From an uncultured Gemmatimonadales bacterium (lineage in GTDB: Bacteria > Gemmatimonadota > Gemmatimonadetes > Gemmatimonadales > Gemmatimonadaceae), in assembly GCA_963850905.1 (NCBI GenBank), contig CAWKMU010000003.1, forward strand, positions 3,040,001 through 3,104,000: a stretch of 64,000 nucleotides of DNA, given 5' to 3'. Positions 60,042 to 64,000 of the stretch are shown here, piece by piece. The position numbers and the translations under genes are program-made. The notes below the pieces were generated by a model. The model saw nothing but the letters and a program-made list of their open reading frames with translations. It was not told the DNA's origin and did no database searches. The number at the start of each line of letters is the position of its first letter. The first letter of the stretch is position 1.

Positions 60042-60423
60042 CAGCTTGGGCGAGACCGACAAGCTCTGCCGTCCGCGCATACAGCTTCTTCGGACTGAAG
60101 GGCTTGGTGAGAAAGTCGGTGGCTCCCAAGCGAAGCGCGAGGCGGTGCTGTTGTTCCTGTCCGGCGGCCGTCAGGATGATGCACGGCAGGCTTTTCCACT
60201 GTGGTTGGGATCGGATCTCCGCCAGCACGTCGAGGCCGCTCAAATGGGGCATCATGAGGTCGAGGAGGACAATCTGGATGTCCGGCTCCCGTTTCAGGAC
60301 CTCCAGCGCTTCGCGCCCATCGTAGGCGAGGCTCACGCGAAACGGCCCCTGTTCCAACTTCATCTTGATGATACGCCCAATGTGCGGCTCGTCGTCGGCG
60401 ACCAACGCATGAATCGACTGCAT
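60019..60423 (-). CDS. Single-domain response regulator
   Basis: VADDE, LLDLMMP, ILTA, TKPFSP. Confidence 0.92.
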   Translation of the reverse strand: MQSIHALVADDEPHIGRIIKMKLEQGPFRVSLAYDGREALEVLKREPDIQIVLLDLMMPHLSGLDVLAEIRSQPQWKSLPCIILTAAGQEQQHRLALRLGATDFLTKPFSPKKLYARTAELVGLAQADGGTDAS

Positions 60424-60440
60424 AGCAGAAGCCCGGTGGG

Positions 60441-60794
60441 CTAGACCAAAGACGCGATGTGTTCTCGATTGCGACGCAACTCGAAGAGCAGCTGGCCGAT
60501 ATTGGCGTTCGGTTGCAAGAGGACGAGCAACACTGCCTCGGGCGACAATACGGACACAATAGCGAGTCCGTTCGCATACTCCAACACAGCTGTCGTCATT
60601 GGCGAGCGGCCAGCCGCGACGCCAAACTCATCGGCCGCCGCGATGATGCCAGGTACGTGCGCCGCTACGTCTTCCGAGGCCAAATTTGCCACGGTTTGGC
60701 TATCGATCAGCAGCCCGTCTCGGCCGAGCACGACCGCGGCATCAACGCCGTCGCGCTGGCGGATCGCGGCTACGAGATCGCGGATAGTGGCCAT
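60441..60794 (-). CDS. Roadblock/LC7 (MglB-like) domain protein
   Basis: GVDAAVVLGRDGLLI, LEYANG, ANIGQL; GGAG RBS. Confidence 0.85.
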   Translation of the reverse strand: MATIRDLVAAIRQRDGVDAAVVLGRDGLLIDSQTVANLASEDVAAHVPGIIAAADEFGVAAGRSPMTTAVLEYANGLAIVSVLSPEAVLLVLLQPNANIGQLLFELRRNREHIASLV

Positions 60795-60908
60795 GTCGCT
60801 CCGGTGGGAAAGTGGCTGCGAAAGTAGGTCCCGCAGATGTCGAAGTCAAGACACGCGAATGGCTTGCACGGTCGCGTGCACGCCCGTTATGCTACCCTCC
60901 ATCGATAC

Positions 60909-61517
60909 ATGACTACGCTTCCTAACTCCCGGGCCAGGCGCGGTGCGGCCGCGCGGTGTGCGTTGCTGCTGTTGGCGACCGCGCTCGTGACCGCAACGGC
61001 ATGCGGCTACGCCACCGATCCGAAATCGTCGACTGCCGTGGTCGAGGACACACTCGTCGCCTGGGCAGTCAACGGCACCGGCGGGACCCAGCCATCCGGC
61101 TACTATTTGGCAGAGAATCGGGTTGTCGACGTCACGAGTTCCCTCACGTTTGACGTCGCATTCGATGTGGACTCAGCCAGCGGCCAGGCCGTAGTGACCC
61201 CGGTACGGTTGATCACCGACGGATCCGTCCTTGGATTCCACGTGGGCTTGCAACGATTGACGCAGCCGTTTGATTCGGTTGCGTTCGGGTTGAAGAACGG
61301 GTACCAGTTCGACTCGGTGTACACGCTGTCGCCTGGGCAAGGCCTGATGCTCGTATCGAACCCGCCGGGGTGCGCGACCGATCCGAACCCCTCGTTGTAT
61401 GGCAAGTTCGTCGTCGACAGCGTGAATCGAGTGACGCGGACGATTCACTTCCGTGCGGTCGAAGACCCGAATTGCGGGTATCGGGAGTTCAACGTAGGCA
61501 ACATCCCTACGTTCTAG
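60909..61517 (+). CDS. Hypothetical lipoprotein
   Basis: Signal with ATAC lipobox; FDVAFD, YGKFVVDS, DPNCGY. Confidence 0.7.
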   Translation: MTTLPNSRARRGAAARCALLLLATALVTATACGYATDPKSSTAVVEDTLVAWAVNGTGGTQPSGYYLAENRVVDVTSSLTFDVAFDVDSASGQAVVTPVRLITDGSVLGFHVGLQRLTQPFDSVAFGLKNGYQFDSVYTLSPGQGLMLVSNPPGCATDPNPSLYGKFVVDSVNRVTRTIHFRAVEDPNCGYREFNVGNIPTF

Positions 61518-61539
61518 CGATCGGTCCTCGGCGCTCCCT

Positions 61540-62820
61540 GTGCACGACCTGCGCCTCCTTCGCGATCAGCCTGACGCCGTGCGCGACGCGCTCCGCCGGC
61601 GCGGGGTGCTCGATGCGATGGCCGCGACGCTCGCCCGGGGCGAAGCGCTTGAGCGACAGCGGCGTGCCTCCATTCGGGCCGAAGAGGACAAGCGCGCCGA
61701 AAGCAACGCCATTACACAGGAAGTCCGTCGGCGCAAGCAGCAAGGCGAGCCGGTGGATGACCTGATCGATCGCGGCCGCGTCCTGAGTGCAGAGCTCGAC
61801 CGCCTGCAGGGCGAGCGCGCTGATGTCGAAGCGGCATTCACCAAGATCGTCGCAGAGCTCCCCAATATTCCGCTGGCAGATGTGCCGGCGGGTGACGAGC
61901 GCGCCAACGCGGTCATCCGCGCCTGGGGTGAGCCGCGGCCCACCACCGGAGTTCGCCCGCATTGGGAGATCGCGGGACCCGACGGAAACGGATTGCTCGA
62001 TCTGGCTCGGGGCGCCAAGGTCGCGGGCTCGGGATTCATCGTCTTTCGCGGGATCGGCGCACGACTGGTCCGATCGCTGGTGTCGTACATGCTCGATCTC
62101 CACACTCGGGAACATGGATACGAAGAGGTGTGGATCCCATTCGCCGTCAACCGCGCGTCGATGTTCGGAACGGCGCAGTTTCCGAAATTCGAGGACGAGC
62201 AGTACGCGCTCACCAATGAGGACCTCTTCCTGATTCCGACGGCGGAGGTCCCCATCACAAACCTCTACCGGGACGAGATGCTCGACGGCGCCTCGCTCCC
62301 ACGCGCGTTCGTCGCATACTCGCCATGCTTTCGCCGCGAGGCGGGCGCGCACGGCAAAGACACCCGCGGACTCCTGCGCGTGCACCAGTTCGACAAGGTG
62401 GAGCTCGTCCGCTACGCAGCACCCGCCGACTCGGCCGAGCAGCATGAGCTCCTGACACGTCACGCGGAGACCGTCCTGCAGCGTCTCGGGCTGCCGTACC
62501 GGGTGGTCCTGCTCGCCGCGGGTGATACGGGCTTCGCGAGCGCGAAGACCTACGATCTCGAGGTCTGGGCGCCCGGTGTCGGTAAATGGCTCGAGGTCTC
62601 GTCGTGCAGCACCTTCACCGATTTTCAGGCGCGGCGTGCCAACATTCGCTTTCGCCCACCAGGTGGAGGCAAGCCGTCGTTCGTTCACACGCTCAATGGG
62701 TCGGGCCTCGCGCTCCCACGCGTCATTGCGGCGCTGCTCGAGCACTATCAGCAGCCGGATGGACGCATCCTGGTGCCCGAGGTACTTCGGCCGCTATTGG
62801 GCGCGGACTGTCTCGGCTAA
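61540..62820 (+). CDS. serS: Serine--tRNA ligase
   Basis: LIPTAEV, CFRREAG, GLLRVHQFDKVE, KTYDLEVW, EVSSCS, HTLNGSGLA. Confidence 0.98.
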   Translation: MHDLRLLRDQPDAVRDALRRRGVLDAMAATLARGEALERQRRASIRAEEDKRAESNAITQEVRRRKQQGEPVDDLIDRGRVLSAELDRLQGERADVEAAFTKIVAELPNIPLADVPAGDERANAVIRAWGEPRPTTGVRPHWEIAGPDGNGLLDLARGAKVAGSGFIVFRGIGARLVRSLVSYMLDLHTREHGYEEVWIPFAVNRASMFGTAQFPKFEDEQYALTNEDLFLIPTAEVPITNLYRDEMLDGASLPRAFVAYSPCFRREAGAHGKDTRGLLRVHQFDKVELVRYAAPADSAEQHELLTRHAETVLQRLGLPYRVVLLAAGDTGFASAKTYDLEVWAPGVGKWLEVSSCSTFTDFQARRANIRFRPPGGGKPSFVHTLNGSGLALPRVIAALLEHYQQPDGRILVPEVLRPLLGADCLG

Positions 62821-62832
62821 GGGATCACTGTC

Positions 62833-63984
62833 ATGGCGCGCCGTACTCCGGCCGTCCTGCTGGCCGTCGGCTTCGCCGCGCTGCTCGCGTGGTACACGAT
62901 CACGACGCAGCGCGTCATCGCCGAGCTTCGTCGAGAGGCCACTCGATCGGGCCTCATGTCGGCGCGCATTTTTCGCGCCCTGAGCGACACGTCCGAGGGC
63001 GCTAGCACCGACGCACTCTTCGATCTTGCGAGTCACATCCGTGAAAGTGGAGTCCCCGTCGTGGTGGCGGATCCGCATGGCCTCCCGCGGGACACCGCCA
63101 ATTTGCCCTTCGTGGCGCCTCTCGATAGCCCCGAGATGCTCGCGTATATCGCGACGCTCGATCGGCAAAATGCACCAGTCGTCGAGCCGGGGGGCATCGG
63201 TATCGTCCACTTCGGAAATACTCCGCTCGCACGCGGCCTGCGAGTGATTCCGGTGCTCCAGGGAGCGCTCCTCGCCTTCCTCATTGTCTTCGGTGTGATC
63301 ACCCTGCGCACGCGCGCGCATGCCGAGCGCGAGAAGGTCTGGGCCGGGATGGCCCGGGAATCAGCGCACCAGCTGGGGACACCGTTGTCGAGCCTGAGTG
63401 GATGGCTCGAGCTCTTGCGCGATGGGATGCCGGGCGAGGGAGACGAGATCCTGTCGCACATGCAGAATGACCTCGATCGGCTGGAACGTGTGGCCCACCG
63501 CTTCGAGCGTATCGGTCGGCCGTCGCACGCGCAGCGAGTCGATGGAGGTGACCTCGTCGATCGGGTGGCCGGCTACTTCCGGGCGCGCGTCCCGTCCCTT
63601 GCGCATCGGGTGAGCCTCACGACTCATCGCGGGGAAGGTGATCTGACCATCGAAGGGGACGCCGTGTTGCTCGAGTGGGCCGTCGAGGCGCTTGCGAAGA
63701 ACGCGATTGATGCGCTTGCCGATCGGGACGGCCACGTGGCGCTGTCAGCGGACGCACTCCCGGGGGGCGGCGTGCGTCTCCGGGTCGCGGACGACGGGCC
63801 AGGCGTTGCCCGTGAGCTGCGCAAGGAGGTGTTCCGCGCGGGCTTCTCGACGAAGGCGCATGGCTGGGGCATCGGACTGTCGCTTGCCCGCCGAATCGTC
63901 GAGGACAACCACCGCGGCCGGCTGATGCTGGTCCCGGTCGATCGAGGTGCGACGTTCGACATTATCTTACCGCAATGGTCCTGA
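62833..63984 (+). CDS. Membrane sensor histidine kinase
   Basis: Two TMs; H-box ESAHQLGTPLSSL; KNAIDA, DDGPG, GFSTK, GIGLSL. Confidence 0.92.
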   Translation: MARRTPAVLLAVGFAALLAWYTITTQRVIAELRREATRSGLMSARIFRALSDTSEGASTDALFDLASHIRESGVPVVVADPHGLPRDTANLPFVAPLDSPEMLAYIATLDRQNAPVVEPGGIGIVHFGNTPLARGLRVIPVLQGALLAFLIVFGVITLRTRAHAEREKVWAGMARESAHQLGTPLSSLSGWLELLRDGMPGEGDEILSHMQNDLDRLERVAHRFERIGRPSHAQRVDGGDLVDRVAGYFRARVPSLAHRVSLTTHRGEGDLTIEGDAVLLEWAVEALAKNAIDALADRDGHVALSADALPGGGVRLRVADDGPGVARELRKEVFRAGFSTKAHGWGIGLSLARRIVEDNHRGRLMLVPVDRGATFDIILPQWS

Positions 63985-64000
63985 CGGCCGCCGCCGGAAA

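Overview
High-GC bacterial chromosomal window. Gemmatimonadota is inferred from gene content and order; this was not verified by search. The left half (1-32.6 kb) is accessory and envelope-related: a CocE/NonD hydrolase, an LVIVD-like lipoprotein, three paralogous SusC/RagA TonB-dependent receptors (two in tandem SusC-SusD pairs, one orphan), a CBM9-like gene coupled to a di-heme cytochrome-PQQ dehydrogenase, an 18-Cys His/Met-rich exported repeat protein, a type IV pilin with a sigma54-like promoter and a multicopper oxidase. The right half is housekeeping: pyrR-pyrB-pyrC, rpsT, a long coupled run (site-2 protease, scpA, scpB, rluB, moxR, DUF58, Bat genes, mutL, miaA, bshA, uppP, birA, coaX), CIRCE-groES-groEL, a roadblock/response regulator/sugar-nucleotidyltransferase operon, serS and a histidine kinase. 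Many conserved genes carry single-base +1 insertions, which points to long-read consensus errors rather than decay. Intergenic space holds GTAG-type REP hairpins and modular heptamer-arm palindromes. No rRNA, tRNA, CRISPR array or transposase was recognised. No single clearly new system is proven. The best leads are an internally shortened MiaA, a structured ~290-nt susC leader with an operator, the Cys/His/Met repeat protein, the CBM9-cytochrome-quinoprotein pair and the modular repeat family.
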